Under the pieces are notes generated by a model, which saw only the letters and a program-made list of their open reading frames with translations, was not told the DNA's origin and ran no database searches. Of a DNA stretch of 64,000 nucleotides, positions 1 to 12,454 are shown piece after piece. A program made the translations under genes and the position numbers. Each line of letters starts with the position of its first letter. The first letter of the stretch is position 1. Source of the stretch: Cycas panzhihuaensis. Lineage: Eukaryota; Plantae; Cycadophyta. Location of the stretch: the NCBI GenBank assembly GCA_023213395.1, contig CM041465.1:119047741-119111740 (forward strand), written 5' to 3'.

Positions 1-760
1 TATCTTATTAGTATTATGTAAATTATAGATAATGGTGTATACCTCCCTTCTTCAATAAAATATGCTTAATATTATATATTTTTTAAGGTTAACTTCAATA
101 GCTTAAAACTTGATAAAAAAGACTTCAAATCTAAGAAATAATACCACTAATAGATAGTTCTAGAAATTAGTTTTCTAGGGATATAAAATTTTTAAAAAAT
201 GGACACTGTATGCTCAAGTTATAGTCAAAACAAAATGGCATACCCTTTTTCTAATGTTGCAAAATAATTAAAAAGGGAATATTCCTTAGAATATCTTTAT
301 GTTAACTAGTGTGCAACTTTACGTAAGACAATTTTTTATAATTTCGAAAGGGTTTTCCTCTCTACAGAAGAATCCAATTTCTCCCAAACTTTGTAGGTGG
401 ATAGATCATGATGTGACGATTAAAACAAGTACCCCCTTCGAGGGGTTTCATTAGAATTTTGGTCGTCAATCTTTGTTTCTTAATTTTCTTGGACCGTATT
501 ACTCTGATAGCAATTGTTATGAAACTAGTTTGTAACCTGAAGATAAATTCCAATTGCACAAGATAGCACACGGGATAGTGAGGAAATGAATAGTCAAAAG
601 ATCATATGTTTTATTGATTAAAGTTAAATGATGATGTTCAATACATTAGAGGCCTCATTTATATGTGCATAATAGGGCCCTTTATTAAAAGTCATAACTC
701 TTCAGCATATACCACTTCATTGAATGAATAATTAATTAACCTTTAAGGAGGTTTGTAACA
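1..760 (-). mobile_element. 5' end (LTR 515-760, PBS and leader) of an LTR retrotransposon running off the left edge
   Basis: TGTTA...TAACA termini at 515/760. ACTCTGATAGCA at 501-512 is a decayed minus-strand tRNA-iMet PBS (TGGTATCAGAGC). Gag-like sequence of the host Copia resumes at 761. Confidence 0.65.
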
Positions 761-878
761 CAACATCACTCAAGAGCCACATTAGCAACTAGCTTAATAA
801 TAATAATAACTAGTTAGCACCTCTTGCAATCCAAGTCAATAGCCCCAACACTTACCATAGCCTCAACTATAAAATAAC

Positions 879-1102
879 TATTGGAAAATAGAACTTACAA
901 TAAGATATTGACAAACAAAATAGAACACCTCCACAGGATCGAACGGTACCCTTAAGGTACCTCAAATTGTATTAACAAAACAACCTTACAACAACATTAC
1001 AATATGATACACTATGTTGTGTATTTATAGTATATGTCAATATAGAGATAGTAGGACCCACTTGCATGTGGGATAAATCAAATGTACATTAATATTCTAA
1101 CA
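879..1102 (-). repeat. 3' LTR of gag-only element A
   Basis: Direct repeat of 3668-3891; PPT adjacent. Confidence 0.95.
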
Positions 1103-1125
1103 CTTCCTCTTAATGTACATTTAGG

Positions 1126-2223
1126 TCATTTGTATTTGTAACACTTTGTCCTTGGAAATGTTTTGAGAATGATGTCTTCAACCTGATTCTTGTCTTCAAT
1201 CTTGTAGTGATGTCTTTGTTGCAGAATGATATCTTCATCTTGATTTTCATCTTCAATTCTGTACCGATGCCTTTGTAAGATGATATCCTTAGCTTGATTT
1301 CTGTCTTCAATCTTGTAGTAATGATGTTGATGTAACAACTCTAGCAAGTGTAAATCATGATTCTTCATTGTGCTTGGTCTAGTCTTATTATGATGTAGAT
1401 CCTGTAAATAACCATCTTCAATCACAACTTGCCTGTCATTATTATCTTGTATAAACTCTTGAACACTATGTACAACAGTGATTTCTTCAACCTTAGGAGT
1501 GGAGTCTTAATCAACTTGCATACTCTTTGAACTTGAAATGATGCTCAAAGAAGAAATATTATTCAAACTTGAATCAATACTTAAAGTAGGAATATCATCA
1601 ATATAAGACTCGTCCTTTATAGAACCATCGGATTCATATTCAATCTCCCTTGAAATCAATTTATCACTTTCAATGTTTTCATCTGTAATCTCATCAATGC
1701 ATTCAACAGTAGAAGTTTCATTAGTACTTAAACATTCTTCATATTGAGATGCTGTCTCATTAGTGTTGATGATACCTTCTTCATTCATTGTACCTGTACC
1801 ATAACTAGCCTTAATTGCTTTTTCAATAATTCGTTGTGTTTCTTTAGGAGTTTGTTCAAATACTTCCCTTAGAAAATCCCAAGCTTTTTTAGCATTACTT
1901 GTATGTAGAATCATAGGAATAACAAAATGGAATTTGGAAGGAAGATCAATATCATTGAATGCAGCATGAATCATAATAAATGCTTTCCTATCTTTCTTCT
2001 CAAGCATTTCCTTTTCTTCTTCATCATTAGGGATATCATATTCATCAGTAACAATCTTCCATAAACCTCTAGCTATGAATAGATGTCTCATTTTAATTGT
2101 CCAAAAGAAGTAGTCTTCACCATTTCACTTAGGTACTGGAAGAAATGAATCCCTTAAGTAATATTCATTTATTTTAGGAGCATATATAACCACATTATTA
2201 TCCTCCATGATTGTAAATGTCAT
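1126..2223 (-). pseudogene. Copia-type Gag (UBN2/DUF4219-like N-terminus) with acidic linker and repeat tail; ~365 codons, two in-frame stops
   Basis: NGEDYFFWTIKMRHLFIARGLWKIV and AKKAWDFL are typical Copia gag motifs. ORFs 1507-2091 and 1126-1425 are in the same frame. Confidence 0.8.
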
Positions 2224-3667
2224 TTTCTAACACCATGTCCCTTTTCCAATCAACAAATTCACCCATCAATCTCAACAAAGCTTCTCATGTCTCATGTCCC
2301 TCATATCACTGACTTCATTATCACACCATTGCCTTATGCATCTCACATATTGCCAAATAGTCACATACAAAGAATATCTGAAGTACTTTCTTCACCATAG
2401 AATCAAAGCTTATACCACATACATCTCACAGGAATCATGCATACCTCATGTCACCATTAAATCACCAAGACACATCACACTTCACTTGATTATCTAAAAC
2501 ATACAACACATGCCATTAAACTATTTAATAATTTTGCTTCCTTGCAACTCAAGTATCTTTAACAAGAAACTCATCCTTCTTTGCCCATTTAATCAACTAG
2601 AATACATCATCAAACATCCCTAATCTCATCCTCAAAACATACCTAATAATTGCCTAATCTTGTCATGTTAACCTCACATACAATAAGCATCTCATTGCCT
2701 CATATCATTATCTTTCTTGCCCTTAAATTAGTCTTATAATGCCCATAAAGTCCCTTCACATACATCACATTCCAAAGAGCACTAAATCACCATATGCCAC
2801 CCAACTCATTCATGCAAACACATGTACTGTTGCTTCATCACCATACTATGTCATCATCACAATAGCTCTCTCATATGAACACATGTAAGAAGGTACTTAA
2901 TTTTCCATTAAACAATCACCATCATACACTTCAAATCACTAATAGAGTGCCAAATGCATTCACATCAACATAACTTAATATCATCTCACTTATAACAACA
3001 CTCTCCCATGCACAACATATATAAGAGAGCCTCAAACAATCACTTCATTACCATTGCCTCATTCATGTCACCATATCAATATGAAACCCTTAAATTCTAA
3101 AAAACTTATTTCTGAAAAGAAGTATAGCTCAAAAATACATAAAATATGGATGGAAATGATGGCCTTTGAAATACGATTCCAATAGTTTAGATGAAATTGA
3201 ATTCTGATATCCAGATCAAAAGTTATGCTCCTTTTAAGAATTTCACAATTAGGGTTTTTAGGGGCTGTAATAGTACCTTCTGATAAATTACTCATAACTT
3301 TTTATTCTAAACTCTAATGAACCTCAAACCACTTCCATTAGAAATAAAATTTAAAAATGCATAGAATTAAAAAAAAATTGAGGTCATTTGGATACCTGTA
3401 GCCAAAGTTATAGCTCTTTGAAGTTGAGGTTGTAGATCTATCCCAAAAATATGGCGACGGAAAAAATATAGGCCAAAATTAATTCTGCTGTAATTTTCAT
3501 ACTTTCACCCCAAAATCTATAGTGCGACCACTTAAATTTTATAGAACGAGCTATTTCGTCTCAATTTTGCCATTACTTTTTAGAAATTTCAACGTTATGG
3601 CACCTCCCAAATCACTGCTCTAATACCGAACAAAAATACCTCTCTCAACTTGGGCACTCTGATACCA

Positions 3668-3891
3668 TGTTGGAAAATAGAACCTGCAATAAGATATTGA
3701 TAAACAAAATAGAACACCTCCATAGGATCGAATCTGCACTTTAAGGTACCTCAAATTGTATTAACAAAGCATCCTTACAACAACATTACAATATGATACA
3801 CTATGTTGTGTATTTATAGTACATGTCAACATAGAGAGAGTAGGACCCACTTGCATGTGGGATAAATCAAATGTACATTAATATTCTAACA
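3668..3891 (-). repeat. 5' LTR of gag-only element A
   Basis: TG...CA termini; PBS adjacent. Confidence 0.95.
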
Positions 3892-4028
3892 ATAACTAGT
3901 AGAGTAGACTAAATGTCACCTACCTTTATTGTGGAAAAGTTGGTTACCTTATTTTTAAATATAGGATACGTCAATTTGATTTATAACTCTTGAAAAATCA
4001 AAAGAGATAATCTTATGTGCCTAACTTC

Positions 4029-4271
4029 TAACAAGCTACCCTATATTATCAACAAACAACCCTATTTTATCAACAAGGAGCACCCTTTTATCAACAAGGT
4101 GGTTCAAGCTAAAGGCAAAGTTATCTATAAGAAGGACTATGCCCTCTATAAGAATCCTATTTTCCACAATAAGGAGGTCCTATTTTAGAATAAGGAGCCC
4201 CCTATTACTAATAAGGTGGCCCTATTTCACAGTAAGGAAGCCCTTTCTATCAATAAATAGGGCCATCATTT
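4029..4271 (+). repeat. Degenerate 21-bp tandem repeat encoding QQG[GAS]P[IFY]x heptads in the Copia gag C-terminus
   Basis: In-frame units at 4029, 4050, 4071, 4092, 4167, 4188, 4209, 4230 and 4251, e.g. CAACAAGGAGCACCCTTTTAT. Confidence 0.75.
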
Positions 4272-7200
4272 CAACCATAAGGATAATTCTACCAATAAAA
4301 TTGGAATCCAAGACCTACTAAAAGCCAAAGACCACAGAATAGACAGTGGTTCCCTAATAGAAATCACAGGAACCAATAAAACATTTAATAATAAGGAGGT
4401 AACTTAAGAGATAACTACGATTCTTCCTTCCACAACCTATTATTTGTAACATGAGCTTCTCAACTTGATGAAAACTCTTGGATCCTTTACTTGGATGCAA
4501 CTAGATACATGACCAGTTCAAAAAAGTTATTGGAAGAGACCTACTAAATAAGCACCCAAACAGTCATATTTGGTGATAATTTGATGTATGATATGACCAA
4601 AATTGGTTAGGCTCTGATAGCATTAAAAGATTCTAACATCATGAACCATATCAACGATGTGTTCCTTGTTCAAGGAATGAAGATGTACCTACTCTCCATT
4701 AGCCAAATAGATAAGTAGAATCTAGATGTCCTCTTTAGCCAAGGTATTTGTAAAATTGTAGATCATGCAATTGGTAAACTTGTAGCCATAGGATATAGAG
4801 ATGGTGTTTCAGATAGGTTAGATGGTATCTCCCTTACCACTACTCAATAAAATGAATCCTGCTCAATGGTCAATACAGCTCAACTTGATAAGGAGAAAGA
4901 TGTAATTATTGAAGAGTCCCTTTATATCCAAGAACCAGGTGAATGCTCATATTTAAAGGACATTGTCATCCCAAATAGCTCCAAAGACTAATTATGACAT
5001 TAATGCCTTGGTCATTTAAATATATAAAGCTTGAACCTAATGTCTAGGCTTAAAATGATACATGGTCTACCTAAAATTAAGAGATACAGTAGCATATGTA
5101 AGGCATGCCTAAAGGGAAAGCAACAGAGAGAAAATTTCTCTTCTAAGAATACATGGAGAGCCTCAGCACCATTAAGAGTTAGTCCACTCAGACATCTGTC
5201 AGCCCATGTCAATCCAATCAATCAATGAAAGCCTATATTTTATAACCTTCATAGATGACTTCTCAAGGAAATTGTGGGTCTACTTCATGAGAAATAAGTA
5301 CCAAGATACAAACAAATTCAAAGAGTTTAAATCTATAGTTGAGAATGGAAGTGGTATGACAATTAAGACCCTCATATTAGATAATGGTGGTTAGTATATT
5401 TCCATTCAATTCAATAACTTATACAAGGCACATGGCATCTAATGCCAATTTTCAATACCCCATATACCATAACAAAATGGTGTAGTTAAAAAGATGAATA
5501 ATGCATTGGTAAATAAAGAAAAATCCATGCTTAGTGCAACCAATCTTACCACCAGATTTTGGATTAATGCCATGACTACAATTGCATACCTACTCAATAT
5601 AAGTCTCATAGTTATGATTAGGAATATTACTTCTAAGGAAGCTTAGTTGGGATAGAAACCAAATATTACACACTTGAAGATTTTTTTTAATGCATGACAT
5701 ATAAACTTATTCCAAAAGAGAACAAAAGGAAGCTAGATGATAAGAGCCTAAAATACATCTTCTTTGGCTATATACCTGGTTGCAAAGCCTACAAATTATT
5801 TGATATTATTGGGAACCAAGCCTACACAACTCATGATATAATATTTGTAGAGGACACATAGGACTTAACTCTCTCTTAAACTTAATTTATAGCAATAGAT
5901 AAAATTGGTACATCATAAGTGCCTCTTAGGTAAAATTTGGAGCCATCAGTACTAACCTTATCCTACACTCTAGGTCCTTCATTAATTCCAGTAACCTTTA
6001 TATCAATAACATAAGTAATCACAACCTTGCCACCTATTTTAGTTGATGACCTTCAGGTGAAAGCTACCAGCATTCAATCACCTCTTAACTGGGCATAACA
6101 ATTATTAAAGGATGCTCCTCCTCCTCCCATAATTGCTAAAAGACTTTTAAAAATGAGACACTCCACAAATTTTATCTTAATGGCATGTGTCTTAGAAACA
6201 CCTAAGCCTTCCATATTTGAGGATTCAATCAAAGACCAAATGTGAAAAGCAACTATGGATAGAGAGATGAACTCCATCATAAAAACTAACACTTGGGAGC
6301 TAATAGAATTGCTACCTGGAAGAAAGGTAATTAATTATAAATGGCTATACAAGATAAAATTATATGTTGATGGCACTGTCAAGTGTCACAAAGCTTGTCC
6401 TATAGCAAAAGGTTTTAAATAATATGAGGGGATTAACTATGATGAGACCTTTTCATCAATAGCCAACATGACTATATTTTGTTTAGTTATGTCACTAGTA
6501 CCCCAATTCAATTAGCCTATTTACCAAATAGATGTGAAGAGTGCTTTCCTTAATGGAGAGCTAAAAAAAAAGGTTTTCTTAAAATAACCCCCTAGCTCTA
6601 TTATTCCAAGTCAAGAACACTTAGTCTATAAATTTAAAAAAGCCCTATATAGACTCAAGTAAATACGATGTGCCTGGTACATAAAGATTGATACCTTTCT
6701 CACACAACGTGGATTTAATTATTCATCCTTTAACCTAGATTTGTATATATAACTTAACCACAGTCATTGTTCTCTATGTGGATGATCTTGTAATTACTAA
6801 TAATGACATAGAAGGCATTACTTGGATTTAGTTAGAATTGAAAAACAACTTTGAGATGACAAATCTTGGGTTGCTTCGTTACTTCCTTAGAATTAAAGTT
6901 TCGCAAGAGCTAGGACACATCTTCCTAACTCAAATAAAATATGCCAATGAGCTCTTAGAAAGATTTAGGATGACACAATATAAGATAGCATTAATTCTTA
7001 TGGAGATAGTAACGAAGATGAACTTAGATAAATAAGGAAAGCCTTTTGATCCTACTTTATACTGACAGTTAGTTGGAAGCCTTATTTATCTTACCCACAC
7101 TTGATTGGACATATCATATATAATAGGGATTTACTCCAAGTATATGTCACAACCAAAAATATCTCATTGGAAAGCCACAACCAGGATCCTCAAATATATT

Positions 7201-8099
7201 CATGGCACATATCAGTTTAGTCTTAAATACAATCAAACTGACTCCCCTATCGTAAAGGGATACATAGATGTTGATTAGATAGTTTGCTAGGACACTTGTT
7301 AATAACAGAGTTAATTTAGTTTAGAAGGATTCTCATCAAGCTTAGACTTCAATAATATGCACCCACCATCCTCTATTATAATAATCAAAGTGTGTTGAAG
7401 ATGATGAAAAATCTTATATTCCATGCCAGAACCAAGCACATTGAGGTCCATTATCACTTCATCTGTGAACATGTTTAGAATAGAGAAGTTACTCTCATCT
7501 ACTATCCAACTAAGGACCAAGTTGCAGATATCTTCATAAAACCACTTGGTAAACTAAAGTTTGAATAATTTTGACACAACCTCAGCATCAGAATAAATGA
7601 AGCTACTATTAAGAGAGGGTGTTAAAACATTATAATAACATCCTCATTTCATGTAAATTTATATTTATTTTATGTATATTATAACTTTAAGCAACCCCCA
7701 ATGTAAATTTATTCTTATTATATAATCAAGTCAGGTCCACTGCATGTGCCACTTAGTTAGCCAATTATAATCCTTGAAATATTGATGGGTTGCTTATAAA
7801 TTAAGCCCTGCATCATTCTTTTGCATATAATTTTGAAGTATATATGGAATTTATGCCCAAATTAAGCCTCACGTGGTGACCAATTTACCCATGAATGTTT
7901 TATCTCAGTTCTACTCTTGTCTTTTGCTTGTTCATTACATTATTTTGATGTTGTAGCTTGTCATTTAGCCAGTAGTGCATAGTTTATAGATCTTGGATGA
8001 TTTTCTCATCTAAGGTTATGGCATTCTTTAATTCTACTTCACTTTCTTTTTCTTTAAATGTATAGTATATGTTCCAAGTCTTTTTAGTACCATTAACAT

Positions 8100-9345
8100 A
8101 CTTACAAAAATACTATTATTTTACTAATCATTTATTAATTTCTAAATAAGTGTTATTAATTTGTTTAGGAAGCTAGTTAATGTGTTTTAAGTTAAACATT
8201 ATATAATTGTTCTTTTGATTTTGTGAATACTTATTGAAAACTTCATAGACCATATTCATTTAAATCAACATTTGGGAGGTCACAAAAGATAGAGATAATA
8301 AAATTGGTGACCATACTATGGAGACTTTTCCTAAAAATATTATTTCATTATTTTTAGAATTGTCATTATACATACCCATAAGGTTTGTTATGTTTTAAAA
8401 TTAGTTGAATCATTAAAAAATCCATATATCTACTCATTGAAAGCTTAGGGTATACAAGAAGAACTACAAAGTTCTCCTTAAGAGAGAAAGCCAAGGAGAA
8501 CTACTAGTTATCCTAAGGTTACTAGATAAATAGAGGAAGAAAATTTCTTCTCTAATCAAGATTCCCCAAAGCTAAAAGCATCATCAGAGATGGTTGGATA
8601 GGATGTACCACATAGAGATGTTCTCCCCTAGATCTAGAATATCCCTCTAAATTTGGAAGATGAGTAGTAGGAGATATCTAAGACAACCCTAGAGGCCTTC
8701 CTAAAGTTTAAAGGAGATAGGATAATAAGTGTAGAACAACACATATAAAACTTCTCCATTATATGTATGAAATTCAGCATTATTAAGCTTGAGGTGCTTA
8801 TGAGGCCTTTTGTGTATTCTTTAATAGAAAATACTAATGCATTGTTCTAGTCTTTGCTAAATTATTCTGTTAGAGATTGGAAAGGTATAATGCTAATATT
8901 TAGAACTAAATATAATAGCAAGAAAATATTGGCCATAATTACTAGAGAATTGTTGAGTATTAAAAAAGGAACTACAAAAAACACCACTAATTATGTTAAG
9001 AGGTTTAAGAATACTTTGAGACAAATTAATGTTGAACATAAACTTAAGTTATCTTAATGGAGTGGTTTCTAGATGGGTTTGACCTTGAAACTAGGCTCCT
9101 GATTGTTCTTAAAGAACCAAAAAAAATTTAATGCATAAAAGCCCTCACTCTTGATCTTGAAATAATTATGGAGAGATGGGAAATAACTCCTTTCCCTCTA
9201 TTTTGAGTTGCTCCTAAAAGGGAGATTCCTCCACTAATTTGTAAAGTAAAAGGAGGTTTGAATGCTATAATTAGAAAGCTAAATAAGTGTAATATTGAAA
9301 AAAGTGAGCCAAAAAAAAAGAGCCTCAATGTTATATAATTGCCTT
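8100..9345 (+). mobile_element. Remnant of an Athila/Tat-like Gypsy element: LTR end, PBS (8305-8322) and decayed gag (~8600-9345)
   Basis: TGGTGACCATACTATGGA resembles the PBS of the large Gypsy at 23735. FLKFKGDRIISVEQHI-like gag motif at ~8697-8745 and a Retrotrans_gag-like segment (ORF 8854-9057). Confidence 0.55.
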
Positions 9346-9349
9346 CCAC

Positions 9350-12150
9350 TAGTAGAACTAGGTTAGTAATTCATGTGATTAAGTTGTGTGATGGTTAGAG
9401 CTTCCTATAAATGTGTGTACATGAGCCATTTATGTACTCTAATAAAAGCAGGGGCCATTTTTTCAACCAATAGAATTTTATAAGGAAGGGCCTCTCTTAC
9501 CTATTTAAGGCCCAAAATTTGTAAAGGAGGGTTATGTCTATAATTCATTTATGATGCTATACTTTCATATAAATTTAGTGATCTTTTGATGTTCTTGTAA
9601 GCATCTCTTTTTCTATAACCTTAGTGAATAAAGTAATGATAAAAAAGAATTGGCCATATATTTCATATCTTTTATACTCTTTTATATTAAATTGGTACAG
9701 ATTACCTATGAAACCCTTCCAAGTGGTATCAAAGCTAGGTCTATAGACTTATTTGAAGTAACAAAGTATGATTAAGAAGAAGCAAATTAGTAGGGGTGAA
9801 GAAATTGGTAATTTTTCTTTCCTATGGTGAAACTCCTCAAAACCTCTCTCATATTTACTTCTACTTTCTTTTTTATAATAACTTTATAAACTCCTATAAT
9901 TAGCTACAACCAAGGAACAAACTCTCCTCTCTCTTTCCCTTAGATATTAGGTATAAATCCTAAGTTAAGGGTCTATAAATATCATAGGGAACTATTATTT
10001 TTAGCTAAGCATATATAGGTATATATTTTTACATGAATTGAAATAGATCACAATGTTTATGTAGGCCTAAGAGAGTACTTGACTATAGAATCAAACCTCC
10101 ATGTACCTTCAGGTATATCAGAAGACCCTTTTAGGTTCTCCTTCTTACCTAGTATAGGCAAATCATTAACTTTTTATTATCTATAATGCAATTGTTAGTG
10201 GCTAGTACTAAGAAGATACCCTTCTATATGACATTTATGCCTATAAGAATGAATATCCCTCCATAGTTAGTTATATAAACCCAAAGGGGAAAAATTTCAT
10301 CATGATCAAGGATTTCATCTTCAATAAAGATGAATTCTATTAATAAGAAGTTGTTGAAAAAGATAAAGGCAAAAGAATTATGGTTGATAAAGAACCTAAC
10401 TCAAATGGTATAAATGTACTTAATACAAGTGAAGCACATCTATACAGTTCAAATTAAAGGGTTCCAAAATGGTTGTAGAGTGGTTATAACTTTCAAGTTT
10501 CTTAAACATAAACTTTGAGAGAAGAATAAGTAGATCTCAAAGGGTAAATTTTACACTATTGTCTCACGTTATGGAGTCAAATAAGCCTTAAATTTTTAAA
10601 GAGGTAAATAGCTAAGATGAATGAAAATAAGCAATGAAAGAAGAGTATAATTCCTTAATGAAGAATGACACTTAGAAGTAGTTGATTTTCCACCAATAAA
10701 AAATGTTATTAGGATAAAATCGGTCTATAAGACATAGTACAAGTCAAATGGTTTAATCGATAAGTATAAGACACAAATTGTTACAAAGGGCTATGCTCAA
10801 GTTTAAGGCATAGATTATAATAAACCATTTGCATAAGTTACAAGGTTAGAAATAGATAAATTAATCATGGCCTTAACTACATAACAAGTTTAATAGTACA
10901 TTAGATGGATGTGAAGAGTATCTTCTTGATTGGGTATGTTGATGAAGAGATATATGTCTAACAACCTAAGCGTTTTGAAATGAAACAAAAGGAAAACAAG
11001 GTCTATAACTTAAAAAGGCCTTGTATGGAATTAAACAGGAGCCTAGAGCGTGGTACTCTAGGATTGATAAATGCTTTAAGGATAAAGGATTCTTAAGGAG
11101 CTAATTTGGCCCTAACTTATGCATAAAGTTAAGAGGAAACTCAATATTAATTTTAGGCTTATATATAGATGACCTAGTATATATTGGTAATTATGATTAT
11201 CTATCCCAAAGATTTAAGGAAGATATATAAAAATGATATAAAAATAATAGATTTGGAACTTATACATTATTTCTTAGCTATTGAAATATGGTAGGATTAG
11301 AAAGGAATATTTGTATCACAAAGGAAATATGTATTGGTTATGCTACATAAATTTAACATGTCTAGTTATAAATCACTTACAATACTAATAGAAATTAGGT
11401 TAAAATTATCAAAGTTTGAGGACTTTGAATCAGTTGATCTTACTTTTCATAGGTAGTTAATTGAGAGCCTTATTTACTTGACTTTAACTCAATCATATAT
11501 TATGTATGTACTTAATGTAATTTTTAGGTTTATACAAGAGCCTACAATAAAATATTGGAAAGTAGCCCAAAGGATTATTAGGTATCTTAGAGGAACTATT
11601 AGGTATAGATTATATTATAGGTCATAAGAGGATTGTAAGTTGATTGGTTATATAAACTCAAAATGGGTAAGTTATATAGATAGTAAGAAGTCTATTTGGG
11701 TTTATACATTTAATTTAGGTTTAGTAACAGTAGCATGGAGTTTAAAGAAATAAGCAATAGTATCTCTTTCTACTATAAAACTAGAATATAAGATAGTTGT
11801 AGTAGGACCTTGTGAGAAAGTTGGTTTAGAAGGTTACTTAAGGATTTATAATAAGAATAGATTGGTCTCAAATAAATATTTTATGATAACCAAAATACCA
11901 TCCGAATAACTAAGAATCTAGTGTTTCATGGTAAAACAAAGCACATATAAATATAACATCATTTTATTTGAGAGTTAGTACAATAAGGTAAGTTAGAATT
12001 AGTCTATTACAACACAAAGGATTATATAGTAGACATTTTCACAAAGACACTAATCAAAATAAAATTCATTAAATTCAAGATAAGCTTGGAATCTCCCCAA
12101 ATAGGCATTATGGAGGAGAAATATTAGGATGATTCCCAAATTAGGGCTAT
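9350..12150 (+). mobile_element. Internally deleted Copia sequence: LTR end (9721), PBS TGGTATCAAAGC (9724), integrase tail, RT and RNase H, PPT and truncated LTR at 12122
   Basis: RT motifs (YKTQIVTKGYAQ ~10765; MDVKSIFLIG ~10905; [16 protein letters not shown] ~11010; LYIDDL ~11158) and RNase H (NLVFHGKTKHI ~11915). No gag or integrase core. The LTR start is uncertain. Confidence 0.75.
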
Positions 12151-12454
12151 TTTCCAAATCTTTAAGGTAACACTTCTTTGGCATTTATCAACACCAAATG
12201 ATGGTGGACCTTGAGAGTTATGCTAAAATACTCTCAATCTCACCTATTTATCTATTGGGTATGAAGACCTTAATATTCAGCAATAATACCCTTTCCTCTT
12301 AGATATATTTTTATACCTTATTTTATTATTTGGGTTGCATATTTCTCCTATGAATCCCTGTAAGAGTACATTATAAGAGTACCATTATGTCCCTGCAAGA
12401 TTACATAGGTTATTAGAGAGATATATTTCTCCTATGGGTTTTTTAAGTGTAGGG

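Larger units (their letters stand above)
879..3891 (-). mobile_element. Non-autonomous gag-only LTR retrotransposon (TR-GAG-like), copy A, 3013 bp
   Basis: 224-bp LTRs 879-1102 and 3668-3891; exact TSD ATAAC (874-878, 3892-3896); minus-strand PBS TGGTATCAGAG at 3657-3667; PPT AAGAGGAAG at 1103-1111; no PR, RT or integrase motifs. Confidence 0.93.
761..7600 (+). pseudogene. Copia gag-pol pseudogene (many CAA/CAG>TAA/TAG stops, frameshifts, RNase H internal deletion near 7305)
   Basis: Conserved motifs are recognisable in several frames; no long open frame remains. Confidence 0.85.
761..8098 (+). mobile_element. Decayed Ty1/Copia element (5' part outside window), interrupted by the gag-only element 879-3891; 3' LTR ~7620-8098
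   Basis: Domain order gag zinc knuckle (~3920-3963), PR (WILD..ATR.MT-like ~4478-4514), GAG-pre-integrase (~4990-5110), integrase (LYFITFIDDFSRKLWVYF, ORF 5206-5394), RT (WELIELLPGRK ~6293; YQIDVKSAFLNG ~6520; FEMTNLGLLRYF ORF 6838), RNase H (FHARTKHIEVHYHFI ~7420-7465). PPT AAGAGAGGG precedes TGTTAA at 7620; TTAACA at 8098. Confidence 0.88.

Noticed and set aside
515-4033. One long LTR ending at TAACA 4033 with element A inside it
   Set aside because: 761-878 and 3897-4271 read as continuous Gag (poly-Q, zinc knuckle, heptads); the LTR ends at 760.
9350-12200. Intact LTR pair for the 9.3-12.2 kb Copia
   Set aside because: Sequence after the PPT (12122) does not visibly match 9350-9721; it is truncated or the pieces come from different elements.
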